DNA of 63,014 bases, filler included. It is 4 parts of 4 records of this genome, joined end to end, with 100 filler letters (N's around TTAATTAATTAA, not from the genome) between each part and the next. Parts side by side here need not be neighbours in the genome. Positions count along the whole stretch, not along the records: positions 1 to 19,399 come from SRR20825006_181; 3 more parts are not named here. One strand, written 5' to 3'. Numbering within the stretch: position 1 is the stretch's first letter; the number at the start of each line of letters is the position of its first letter. Made by a program: the position numbers and the translations under genes. The notes under the pieces were generated by a model. The model searched no databases and was not told where the DNA came from. It saw only the letters and a list, made by a program, of their open reading frames with translations. This document shows positions 1-9,379 of the stretch, piece after piece.

Positions 1-91
1 TGGCTTCTGTAATACCTATAGCTTCAGCTAATTCTTTTCCTTTTAAATTTTGCGCAGTAAGAATGCTATCTAAATTTATTATGATTGCCAT
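1..91 (-). CDS. Cro/C1-type (YozG-like) HTH transcriptional regulator, 5' part only (runs off the window edge)
   Basis: Manual translation from ATG at 91 gives MAIIINLDSILTAQNLKGKELAEAIGITEA; this family typically follows DUF2975 genes; not in the ORF track. Confidence 0.85.
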   Translation of the reverse strand, partial: MAIIINLDSILTAQNLKGKELAEAIGITEA

Positions 92-92
92 A

Positions 93-605
93 CTAAACTG
101 TTAGATCATTTTCAGATTTTATCTTTAATGCTTTGTCAAAAGCTTGATTGAGAAGTAAAAAGAATACTCCAATAATAAATAAGAATAAAAGTAATTGATA
201 ATTTGAGATGCCGAATTCAATGCTAACTTTAGAATCCTTTATAAGATTAAATAGAAATAAGAGCACTAAAGATGAGCCTCCAGAGATAGAAAAAAACTGT
301 CCAATTCGTTTCAAATAATTTACAGAAGTTTTACTAATTAATGACTTCTTTAAAATATGCTTAGACAATTGTCTTAGGTTATGAAAACCTGCAAAAAATA
401 AAACAAACTCTAAAAATCCTATAAACAAAGCTAGGATATATAATGCGGGAATACCGTTACTTTCAATTGGTATATTGGTTTTGAAAATAGTTTGTTGAGG
501 GAAAAATATTAGATATAATATTGTACCAGGAAAAAAGATAACAATAGGTATCATTAAGACATAAGCTATGTCTATAAGTGATTTGAATAAAGTAGTAAGT
601 CGCAT
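93..605 (-). CDS. DUF2975-family membrane protein
   Basis: About 4 hydrophobic segments, C-terminal KSENDLTV signature, coupled to the HTH gene; ATG at 605 preferred over 632 because the promoter lies at 630-637. Confidence 0.8.
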   Translation of the reverse strand: MRLTTLFKSLIDIAYVLMIPIVIFFPGTILYLIFFPQQTIFKTNIPIESNGIPALYILALFIGFLEFVLFFAGFHNLRQLSKHILKKSLISKTSVNYLKRIGQFFSISGGSSLVLLFLFNLIKDSKVSIEFGISNYQLLLFLFIIGVFFLLLNQAFDKALKIKSENDLTV

Positions 606-612
606 ATTTAAA

Positions 613-660
613 TTATCGATTAACGATAACAAATATATGCAATTTATCGAAAAACAATAA
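613..660 (-). promoter_or_regulatory. Promoter -7 box flanked by two TTATCG-N5-CGATAA operators
   Basis: TTATCGattaaCGATAA at 613-629, TTATCGaaaaaCAATAA at 644-660, and TATATTTG (minus strand) at 630-637. Confidence 0.7.
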
Positions 661-678
661 TTTAAGTTGTTAATCTGT

Positions 679-1977
679 TTATTTTGTCTTGCGTTTAAGC
701 TGTATCCTTAAAGCAAAATAACCAACAATACCTGCTCCAAATGAACCTATAAGAATACCCAATTTAGAAGCTGTTAGTAAATCGTCTTCTCTAAAGGCCA
801 GCTCTGCTACAAATAATGACATTGTGAATCCTACACCTCCTAAAATACTTACTGCAAATATGTCTTTAAACTGTATGCCTGCAGGAAGTCTGGCTATACC
901 TAATTTATAAGCCAAGTAACTAAAGAGACTAATTCCAATAACCTTACCTGCAACCATTGAAATTCCTATTTGTGAAATTAAATGCGTAGCGCTAAGAGAA
1001 TCTAAATTTATAGTGATGCCAGCATTTGCAAGAGCAAATAATGGCATGATAACAATTGCAACCCAACCACTTAAGCCATGCTCTAATTGTTGCATTGGAG
1101 ATTGTACTTGATCTGTTACAGCATTAATCTCATCTACAGCAACCTGTTGTTCTTCTGTAAGGACATGTTTTTTAGGATCACTTTCTTTTAAGCGTTTTAA
1201 GTTGTTGTTGAGGTTTGAAAATACATCCTTTAAATTCACATATCTAACTGAAGGTAGTACAAACGCAAGTAATACTCCTGCAATAGTTGGGTGCACACCA
1301 GACTTTAAAAATAATACCCAAATGGCAAGACCAAATATTAAGAATAGGTACTTGGAGAATATTTGTAAATAATTAAGTAACCATAATATGAGCAATAGGC
1401 CAATAGCAACACTTAAGTATTCAACATAAAAGCCATGACTGTAAAAAATGGCTATAACAACAATAGCTCCTATGTCATCTATTACGGCAAATGTGGTGAG
1501 GAAAACTTTTAACCCTAAAGGCACACGTTTACCAAGTAATTGTAATATTCCTAAAGAAAATGCAATATCGGTAGCCATTGGTATTCCCCAACCGTGCGTA
1601 CCTCTGTCTTCTTGGTTTAGTAAAAAGAATAATGCAATTGGTACAACAATGCCGCCTAGAGCAGCAAAGACAGGCATAGATGCTTTTTTAAAGGAGGTTA
1701 GCTCTCCATCTATTATTTCACGTTTAATTTCTAAACCTACGTATAAGAAGAATAAGGTCATAAGACCATCATTAATCCATAAGTATAGAGGTTTGGTTAT
1801 AGCAAACGTTGTATCTGTAAAACCAAGAGAAAAATCTGATGCCCAAAGTGCGTGGTAAGCATCTTGCCAAGGTGAGTTTGCCCAAATTAGTGCAATAATA
1901 GTACACGCTATAAGTATAAAACTTCCAGAAGTTGAGTGATTAATAAAATTCTCAACGGGGTTTTTTGCTATTTTCAA
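679..1977 (-). CDS. nhaA: Na+/H+ antiporter NhaA
   Basis: WINDGLM, GWGIPMATDIAF, AVIDD and GVGFTMSLF motifs; TTG start. Confidence 0.95.
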   Translation of the reverse strand: MKIAKNPVENFINHSTSGSFILIACTIIALIWANSPWQDAYHALWASDFSLGFTDTTFAITKPLYLWINDGLMTLFFLYVGLEIKREIIDGELTSFKKASMPVFAALGGIVVPIALFFLLNQEDRGTHGWGIPMATDIAFSLGILQLLGKRVPLGLKVFLTTFAVIDDIGAIVVIAIFYSHGFYVEYLSVAIGLLLILWLLNYLQIFSKYLFLIFGLAIWVLFLKSGVHPTIAGVLLAFVLPSVRYVNLKDVFSNLNNNLKRLKESDPKKHVLTEEQQVAVDEINAVTDQVQSPMQQLEHGLSGWVAIVIMPLFALANAGITINLDSLSATHLISQIGISMVAGKVIGISLFSYLAYKLGIARLPAGIQFKDIFAVSILGGVGFTMSLFVAELAFREDDLLTASKLGILIGSFGAGIVGYFALRIQLKRKTK

Positions 1978-1980
1978 GGG

Positions 1981-2406
1981 TTAGTCTTTAAGTGTGTTTT
2001 CAATTTTTGTGTCTAATAGTCCAAAGATAAAGTTTACAATGAGAACAAGCACAGTTATTGTGAGCAGTTCCCAATACATGCCAACAGCAGCCAAACAACC
2101 TGCTCCAGCACTACACCAAATAGTAGCAGCTGTAGTTAACCCTTTAATATTTGTGCCTTTTTGAATTATAGCTCCAGCACCAAGAAAACCAATGCCTGTT
2201 ACAACTTGTCCCAAAACACGCGTAAGATCTGTATAGTCTTTATTGCTAAACTCTAATGAAACCAACACGAATATTGATGCACCCAATGCAACGAGCATGT
2301 TTGTTTTAAGTCCAGCACTTTTGCTTTTAAACTCTCTTTCTAATCCTATTAGAAATCCAGATCCTAAAGCTAGACTTACTCGAATTATAAAATCTTGTAA
2401 TTCCAT
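1981..2406 (-). CDS. MgtC/SapB-family membrane protein
   Basis: GLERE...AGLKT, QVVTGIGFLGAG and GLTTAATIW motifs. Confidence 0.92.
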   Translation of the reverse strand: MELQDFIIRVSLALGSGFLIGLEREFKSKSAGLKTNMLVALGASIFVLVSLEFSNKDYTDLTRVLGQVVTGIGFLGAGAIIQKGTNIKGLTTAATIWCSAGAGCLAAVGMYWELLTITVLVLIVNFIFGLLDTKIENTLKD

Positions 2407-2449
2407 ACGCTTGTTTTTATAAATATAATAAGGATTATTAAAATGACCT

Positions 2450-2457
2450 TATCTTTG
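2450..2457 (+). promoter_or_regulatory. Bacteroidota sigma70 -7 element for bioF
   Basis: TATCTTTG matches TAnnTTTG, 4 nt before the ATG. Confidence 0.6.
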
Positions 2458-2461
2458 AGGT

Positions 2462-3607
2462 ATGTTACCAGAGCGACTACAGAAAAAAATAGATTCAAGA
2501 AAAGACAACAATAGTCTAAGAGCTTTAAGGCTACCTCAAAATTTAATAGATTTTAGCTCAAACGATTATTTAGGGTTTTCAAAATTAATTTCTGAATCTA
2601 AAATACATCTTGAAGAACACTCAATTTTAAATGGCGCTACAGGTTCTCGATTACTTTCAGGTCATTCAGCCTTATTTGAAAAAACTGAGCAACAAATTTC
2701 AGGTTTCCATAATGCAGAAGCTGCATTACTTTTTAATTCTGGATACGATGCTAATCTAGGTTTACTGTCTGCAATTTTAATGCGTGGTGATGTTGTGTTT
2801 TATGACGAATGGTCACACGCATCTATACGAGATGGTATAACAATGGGATTTGCCAAAGCAATAAAATTTAAGCACAATGATTTAGATCACTTACAACAGC
2901 TACTTAATAAATTTAAAGGTACTTCAGAGTGTTATATTGTGACAGAATCTGTTTTTTCTATGGATGGTGATCAACCAGACCTAAACCAAATTGTAAACTT
3001 AACTAAAGCATATAATGCCAACATTATTATAGATGAAGCTCATGCAATAGGTGTGTTTGGTAATAAAGGTGAAGGTTTAATTCAGGATTTAGGTTTAGAA
3101 ACACAGGTTTTTGCAAGAATTGTCACTTATGGAAAAGCTATGGGTGGTCATGGAGCTGCAATTTTAGGAAGTGTAGGCTTAAAGGAATTTCTAATAAATT
3201 TCTCAAGACCTTTTATTTATACAACGGCAATGCCACCACATTCACTTTTAGCAATTGGTTCGGCATATAATATATTACAAAACAACAAAGGGATTAATTG
3301 CCTAGAAAAGCTTCAGAACAATATTAATGCATTTAAACGTGAGGTTGCTAGGCTAAGGCTAGATAAGTTATTTATTGAGAGCTCATCTGCCATACAATCT
3401 TGTATAGTTCCTGGTAATAATAGAGTGAAGAAAGCTTCAAAATTTTTAGGCGAAAAAGGTTATGATGTACGTCCTATTTTATCTCCAACAGTTCCAGAAG
3501 GAAAAGAGCGTTTAAGGTTTTGCATACATAGTTTTAATTCTAAAGTTGAAATCACTCAAGTTCTGCAACACTTAGCTACCTTTGTGTCACATGGCAAACA
3601 ACTATAA
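2462..3607 (+). CDS. bioF: 8-amino-7-oxononanoate synthase
   Basis: DFSSNDYLG, GATGSRLLSG, DEAHA and TYGKA PLP motifs; bio cluster context. Confidence 0.93.
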   Translation: MLPERLQKKIDSRKDNNSLRALRLPQNLIDFSSNDYLGFSKLISESKIHLEEHSILNGATGSRLLSGHSALFEKTEQQISGFHNAEAALLFNSGYDANLGLLSAILMRGDVVFYDEWSHASIRDGITMGFAKAIKFKHNDLDHLQQLLNKFKGTSECYIVTESVFSMDGDQPDLNQIVNLTKAYNANIIIDEAHAIGVFGNKGEGLIQDLGLETQVFARIVTYGKAMGGHGAAILGSVGLKEFLINFSRPFIYTTAMPPHSLLAIGSAYNILQNNKGINCLEKLQNNINAFKREVARLRLDKLFIESSSAIQSCIVPGNNRVKKASKFLGEKGYDVRPILSPTVPEGKERLRFCIHSFNSKVEITQVLQHLATFVSHGKQL

Positions 3608-3995
3608 AACAATTGCAGTTTATGAATATAGCTACCAAGCCCAAATTTTAAAAGGGCGTTTGGAGGCAGATGGTATTTCTGTATACTTAGGAGATCTATA
3701 TTCTGTTGAGGCAGAGCCAGGCGCAAGCCAAGCAATGGGAGGCATTAAATTAAAAGTAAAAGCCGAAGACGTTATAAGAGCTAAGCATATACTAAGTTCT
3801 TTAAATAATAATGATGAAGATACACAATGTTTAAGTTGTCCCCAATGCGAAAGTGTGGACATAGAACATGATATTACGGTTAGTGGTACTAGAGATTTAT
3901 GGGCAAATCTTAAGCATTTTTTTTCAAACTTACTTTTAGATAATCCAAAAATGCAATACCGTTGTACCAACTGCAATACTAAATTTATACAATGA
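3591..3995 (+). CDS. DUF2007-like protein with C-terminal zinc ribbon
   Basis: N-terminal AQILKGRLEADGI...GGIKLKV...A pattern; CPQC...CTNC; overlaps bioF and bioD. Confidence 0.7.
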   Translation: MANNYKTIAVYEYSYQAQILKGRLEADGISVYLGDLYSVEAEPGASQAMGGIKLKVKAEDVIRAKHILSSLNNNDEDTQCLSCPQCESVDIEHDITVSGTRDLWANLKHFFSNLLLDNPKMQYRCTNCNTKFIQ

Positions 3996-4609
3996 CACAT
4001 ACATATTTTGTAACAGGTATAGGAACAGATGTTGGTAAAACTGTTGCTTCTGCTATTCTTACTGAAGCTTTAAAAGCAGATTATTGGAAACCCATACAAG
4101 CAGGAGATTTATCTAATAGTGATACTCATAAAGTTGCACGTTGGGTAAACAACCCTGAAACCAAATTCTTTGATAGTGCCTTTAACCTTAAAACACCTAT
4201 GAGTCCGCACGCGGCCGCAGAAATTGATGGTGTAACATTGTCTAAATCTAAAGTTAAACGACCAAAAACATCTAAAAACCTAGTAATTGAAGGTGCTGGT
4301 GGCTTATTGGTTCCTATAAGTAATACTCAAACAATTGCAGATCTTATAAGTAAAAAAGATAGAGTAGTAGTAGTGTCCAGACATTACTTAGGAAGTATAA
4401 ATCATACCTTACTAACTATTGAATCACTTAGGGCGAAAGGACTTGAAATCTTCGGTATAATCTTTAATGGACCTTCAACCAAAACCACAGAAGATATTAT
4501 AACTAAAATGACTAAAGTTCCTATTATTGGTCGCATTGAAAATGAGCCTTATATAGATAGGCATGTTGTAAAAGAATATGCAGAAAAATTTAAGAATGAG
4601 CTTAAGTAA
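3992..4609 (+). CDS. bioD: Dethiobiotin synthase
   Basis: GIGTDVGKT P-loop, EGAGG and LGSINHT motifs. Confidence 0.96.
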   Translation: MTHTYFVTGIGTDVGKTVASAILTEALKADYWKPIQAGDLSNSDTHKVARWVNNPETKFFDSAFNLKTPMSPHAAAEIDGVTLSKSKVKRPKTSKNLVIEGAGGLLVPISNTQTIADLISKKDRVVVVSRHYLGSINHTLLTIESLRAKGLEIFGIIFNGPSTKTTEDIITKMTKVPIIGRIENEPYIDRHVVKEYAEKFKNELK

Positions 4610-5864
4610 GAGAGATAGCAAAACAATTTGGCACCCATTAACACAACACAAAACAGCTAGATTGCCATTGGCAATTAGTAAAGCAAAAGCAGCTTTGCTT
4701 TATGATGAAAACGGTAAGGAGTATATAGACGCTATTGCATCATGGTACACTGCAATGTATGGCCATTGTAACGATTACATACTTGAGAGTGCTTTTAAAC
4801 AAATGCAAACTTTAGATCAAGTTGTATTTACAGGCTTTACACATGAACCAGCAGTAAAACTTGCCGAAGAACTTTTATCTATTTTGCCTAAGAACCAAGC
4901 CAAAGTAATGTTTAATGACAATGGTTCAACATCTGTTGAGATTGGTATTAAAATGGCACTGCAATTTCATCATAATAACAACGATAAAAGAGATACACTT
5001 TTAGCTTTTGAAAACGGATTTCATGGCGATACTTTTGGAGCTATGAGTGTGAGTGGTCTATCTGTTTATAATGGCCCTTTTGATGATCACTTTTTAAAAG
5101 TAGTACGTATTCCAACTCCAGACGGAACAAATAATGCTGAGGTTTTAAAACAACTAAACGCATTGATTGAAACTCATAATATTGCGGGATTTGTTTATGA
5201 ACCATTAGTACAAGGTGCTGCTGGTATGAAAATGTACGATGCACAAGGTTTAAATGAAATACTTAAGATATGTAAAACAAACAAAATTATAACTGTTGCA
5301 GATGAGGTGATGACAGGCTTTGGCAAGACAGGTACATATTTCGCATCTTTAAATATTAAAGAATTACCAGACGTTATATGTCTTTCCAAAGCACTAACAG
5401 CTGGTTTAGTTCCTATGGGTATTACAACCTGTTCTCAAGATATTTATGATGCCTTTTTAGATGATAATGTTGGTAAAGGTTTATTTCATGCACATACCTA
5501 TTCTGCAAACCCTATTGCCTGCGCAACTGCTTTAGCAGGCTTAGAGTTATTGCAATCTCAAGAAATAAAAGAACAGCAAGCTTACATAATTAAAGCTCAT
5601 GGAGAGTTTCTTAATAAAATTTCAGCCCATCCAAAGGTGCTTAATCCGAGGCAAAGCGGTGTTATTCTAGCTTTTGAAATGGATGTAGAAATGGAGCGCT
5701 ATGGCGATTTAAGAAATAAGCTTTTTCAGTTTTTTATGGATAAAGGTGTTTATTTAAGACCTCTCGGAAATACAATTTATATTTTGCCACCATTTGTAAT
5801 TACAGAAGCACAATTACAAGCTGTTTATAGTGCTATACTGGAGGCTTTAGAGTCTTTTTCTTAG
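4596..5864 (+). CDS. bioA: Adenosylmethionine-8-amino-7-oxononanoate aminotransferase
   Basis: IWHPLTQ, FHGDTFGAMS, DEVMTGFG and CLSKALT motifs; ATG at 4596 is the likelier start. Confidence 0.95.
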   Translation: MSLSKRDSKTIWHPLTQHKTARLPLAISKAKAALLYDENGKEYIDAIASWYTAMYGHCNDYILESAFKQMQTLDQVVFTGFTHEPAVKLAEELLSILPKNQAKVMFNDNGSTSVEIGIKMALQFHHNNNDKRDTLLAFENGFHGDTFGAMSVSGLSVYNGPFDDHFLKVVRIPTPDGTNNAEVLKQLNALIETHNIAGFVYEPLVQGAAGMKMYDAQGLNEILKICKTNKIITVADEVMTGFGKTGTYFASLNIKELPDVICLSKALTAGLVPMGITTCSQDIYDAFLDDNVGKGLFHAHTYSANPIACATALAGLELLQSQEIKEQQAYIIKAHGEFLNKISAHPKVLNPRQSGVILAFEMDVEMERYGDLRNKLFQFFMDKGVYLRPLGNTIYILPPFVITEAQLQAVYSAILEALESFS

Positions 5865-5938
5865 GGCATCTAAATTTTTAAGTTAAGGCCAATAAACTCG
5901 GCTACTATTCACGATATTTGCAGCATTAAATCTACGCT

Positions 5939-7102
5939 TTGCAACACCCAATATATATAAAAGGCATATCTACAGTTTCTGCTTTGGGAAGCCATCCTGA
6001 TGATATTTGGACTAATTATTTGTCTCAACGCTCTTTTTTAAAATCTAAGAAAATAGATGATATTTCAACATTTGTTGGAGAGCTTTCTAACATAGATAAA
6101 GAACGTGTTGAGCAATTAAAACAATCTGATAAATTATATGCAGAGTTAGATAACTCTGTGTTGTACGCAATGCTATGTGGAAGAGGTTTAATTTTAAAAG
6201 CACCGCTTAACACAACAGATTTTGGAATAAACGTAGGGTCATCTAGAGGTGCCACTACGTTGTTTGAAAATTATCATGAGCAATACATAAAATCTGGACA
6301 AACCTCTACATTAAGCTCACCTACTACTACTTTAGGGAATATATCCAGTTGGCTAGCTCAAGATTTACAAAGCAAAGGCCCTAGGTTTTCTCATAGTATA
6401 ACATGTTCTACAGCATTTCATGCGATATTAAATGGAGTAGCTTGGTTGCAAGCACAAATGGCTGAAGAGTTTATAGTTGGTGGTAGTGAAGCACCATTAA
6501 CTCCTTTTACCATAGCGCAAATGCGAGCTATGAAAATTTATGCTGAGGTTGGTCAGGTAAAAAACCCTAACTATCCAAACCAAGCACTTAACTTAAGTAA
6601 AACGCGAAATTCTATGATTTTAGGTGAAGGTTCTGGTTTAATAACTTTATCTAAAATACAATCTGAACAAAATGTTGGTGAGATTAAAGGGATTGGTTTT
6701 GGAACAGAGACATTAAAACATAGTGCTTCAATTTCTAAAGATGCGGCTTGTATGCAGGCTTCAATGCGTATGGCAATAAAGCAAATAAACCCGAAAGATA
6801 TAGATGTTGTGGTATGCCATGCGCCAGGAACTGTTAAAGGCGATCAAGCTGAAATAAATGCTATTAAAGATGTCTTTGGAGAACATATGCCAGCTGTAAC
6901 TTCAAATAAATGGCAACTAGGTCATACATTTGGAGCTTCAGGAATATTAAGTTTAGAAATGGCGCTTCTTATGCTAAAGCATCAAAAATTTATAGGAGTT
7001 CCTTTTATTGAAAATCAAATTCAACCTAAAAGAATTAAGAACATACTTGTAAATGCTGTAGGTTTTGGCGGAAATTCTGTTTCAATTTTGGTTTCACTTT
7101 AA
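5939..7102 (+). CDS. Beta-ketoacyl synthase (FabF/FabB-like, divergent)
   Basis: Cys-His-His triad motifs: ITCST, HAPGT and GHTFGASG; C-terminal NAVGFGG. Confidence 0.85.
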   Translation: MQHPIYIKGISTVSALGSHPDDIWTNYLSQRSFLKSKKIDDISTFVGELSNIDKERVEQLKQSDKLYAELDNSVLYAMLCGRGLILKAPLNTTDFGINVGSSRGATTLFENYHEQYIKSGQTSTLSSPTTTLGNISSWLAQDLQSKGPRFSHSITCSTAFHAILNGVAWLQAQMAEEFIVGGSEAPLTPFTIAQMRAMKIYAEVGQVKNPNYPNQALNLSKTRNSMILGEGSGLITLSKIQSEQNVGEIKGIGFGTETLKHSASISKDAACMQASMRMAIKQINPKDIDVVVCHAPGTVKGDQAEINAIKDVFGEHMPAVTSNKWQLGHTFGASGILSLEMALLMLKHQKFIGVPFIENQIQPKRIKNILVNAVGFGGNSVSILVSL

Positions 7103-7202
7103 AGCTATGTTAGCATTTAGAGAGAAACTCGTCTAACACCAAGATTATAAAAACTAACCTCTAATTTTTTAGGTAACCCACATTTTCAACTTAACAAACG
7201 TT

Positions 7203-7898
7203 TTGAAAGAACCCCATATAAAAGTCATCATTCCAGCATTTAATGAAGCCAATTCAATTGGTCGTGTTATTGCAGATATTCCCAAACATGTTAATGAGGT
7301 TATTGTGGTTAGTAACAACTCAACAGATAAAACTATTGCCATTGCAGAAAGTGCTGGAGCTACAGTTTTAGAGGAAAACCAAAGAGGTTATGGCTATGCC
7401 TGTTTAAAAGGTTTGGCTTATATAAAAGAAAGTTTGGTAAAGCCAGATATTATAGTTTTTCTAGATGGCGATTATAGTGATTACCCAGAGTATTTAGATG
7501 CCATAGTAAGGCCAATTATTAAGTGCGATGTCGATTTAGTTATTGGTGCTAGGTCAAAAGAGCTTAGAGAAGATGGTAGTATGACTACACCCCAAATCTT
7601 TGGTAACTGGCTAGCAACTCGTTTAATGAAACTCTTTTTTAAAAGTAGATTTACAGACCTTGGTCCTTTTAGAGCCATAAAATATGACACATTACTGGGT
7701 CTTGAGATGGAAGACAAAACTTATGGCTGGACAGTTGAGATGCAACTAAAGGCATTAAAGCAAAGATTGGCATATACAGAAGTTAAAGTGCCGTATAGAA
7801 ACAGAATAGGTGTCTCTAAAATATCAGGCACTTTAAAAGGTGCTATATTTGCTGGCGTTAAAATTTTAGGTTGGATCTTTAAATACAGTTTCAAGTAA
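7203..7898 (+). CDS. GT2 glycosyltransferase, polyprenol-phosphate-sugar synthase (DPM1)-like
   Basis: VIIPAFNE, RGYGYAC, FLDGDYSD and DLGPFRAI motifs. Confidence 0.88.
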   Translation: MKEPHIKVIIPAFNEANSIGRVIADIPKHVNEVIVVSNNSTDKTIAIAESAGATVLEENQRGYGYACLKGLAYIKESLVKPDIIVFLDGDYSDYPEYLDAIVRPIIKCDVDLVIGARSKELREDGSMTTPQIFGNWLATRLMKLFFKSRFTDLGPFRAIKYDTLLGLEMEDKTYGWTVEMQLKALKQRLAYTEVKVPYRNRIGVSKISGTLKGAIFAGVKILGWIFKYSFK

Positions 7899-9370
7899 TG
7901 GACTTGATTATCATTATTATCTACACATTAGCTTTACTGTTAATATTCTTCTACAGTTTGGCGCAGCTCAATCTTTATTTTAATTACTTAAAAGCAAAAA
8001 AGAGTAAACAGGATTGTGAAACCTTCAACTTAAACAATCCACACGAGGTTCCTTATGTTACTATACAACTTCCTTTGTATAATGAAAAATACGTTGTTGA
8101 ACGTTTGTTGAATAATATTGCAACTATAGAGTATCCTAAAGATAGGTTAGAAATACAAGTTTTAGATGACTCAACAGATGAATCTGTTTTGCAAACCAAA
8201 GACCAAATTGAAGAATTAAGAGCTAACGGTCTTGACATTATTCACATAACCAGAGTAAATAGAAAAGGGTTTAAAGCAGGTGCTTTAAAAGAAGGTTTAA
8301 AAATTGCAAAAGGTGAATTTATAGCCATTTTTGATGCAGATTTTTTGCCAAAACCAAACTGGTTACTAAAAACCATTCCCTACTTTAAAGATGAACAAAT
8401 TGGTGTGGTGCAAACCCGTTGGGGACATATTAATAGAAACTATTCTATGCTTACAAAGGTGCAGGCATTTGCACTCGATTTTCATTTTATATTAGAACAA
8501 GTAGGCCGAAATTTTGGAAACCATTTTATAAACTTTAATGGTACAGCAGGCGTTTGGAGAAAATCCTGCATTTTAGATGCTGGTGACTGGCAAGGCGATA
8601 CCTTAACTGAAGATTTAGATTTAAGCTATCGTGCACAGCTAAAAGATTGGAAGTTTAAGTATTTAGAAGATGTTGAGACTCCAGCAGAATTACCGGTTGT
8701 TATAAGTGCAGCAAGATCTCAACAATTTAGATGGAACAAAGGCGCTGCAGAAAACTTTCAGAAACTGTATTGGCGTTTGTTTACAGACAAAACAGTCTCT
8801 GCAAAAACTAAATTTCATAGCTTTTTTCATTTACTTAACAGTAGCATGTTTTTACTAGTATTGTTGGTGGCTATATTAAGTGTACCTGTACTATTTATAA
8901 AAAACAACAATCCAGACTTTAGCTGGTATTTTAATGTTATTGCTTTTTTTGGATTAAGTACACTTATTTTTTTTATAAGCTATTGGCTTACTTACAAAAA
9001 AATTCATGGTGGCGGATTTAAAAATTTTATAAGGTTCATTGGCATGTTCTTTACTTTCTTTTCAGTTGCAATGGGTTTTTCTGTACATAATTCGGTTGCG
9101 GTGATAGAAGGTCACTTAGGAAAGAAATCTGAGTTTGTAAGAACCCCAAAGTTTAATATTAATAGTATTAAAGATTCTTGGAAAGGCAATAAATATTTGA
9201 GTCAAAATGTATCTGGAAACACTATAATTGAGTTGGTTTTAATGCTGTATTTTGGATATGCTATTTATAGTGCATTTACCACAGGAGATTTTGGGCTTAT
9301 TATTTTTCACCTTATGCTTTTTGCAGGATTTGGGTTTGTCGGTCTAAAATCGTTATTTGCAAAAGGCTAA
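7898..9370 (+). CDS. Membrane GT2 of cellulose-synthase-like type
   Basis: QLPLYNE, DDSTD, FKAGAL, DADF, TEDLD and QQFRW motifs plus C-terminal TM helices. Confidence 0.9.
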   Translation: MDLIIIIIYTLALLLIFFYSLAQLNLYFNYLKAKKSKQDCETFNLNNPHEVPYVTIQLPLYNEKYVVERLLNNIATIEYPKDRLEIQVLDDSTDESVLQTKDQIEELRANGLDIIHITRVNRKGFKAGALKEGLKIAKGEFIAIFDADFLPKPNWLLKTIPYFKDEQIGVVQTRWGHINRNYSMLTKVQAFALDFHFILEQVGRNFGNHFINFNGTAGVWRKSCILDAGDWQGDTLTEDLDLSYRAQLKDWKFKYLEDVETPAELPVVISAARSQQFRWNKGAAENFQKLYWRLFTDKTVSAKTKFHSFFHLLNSSMFLLVLLVAILSVPVLFIKNNNPDFSWYFNVIAFFGLSTLIFFISYWLTYKKIHGGGFKNFIRFIGMFFTFFSVAMGFSVHNSVAVIEGHLGKKSEFVRTPKFNINSIKDSWKGNKYLSQNVSGNTIIELVLMLYFGYAIYSAFTTGDFGLIIFHLMLFAGFGFVGLKSLFAKG

Positions 9371-9379
9371 ATTCTAATT

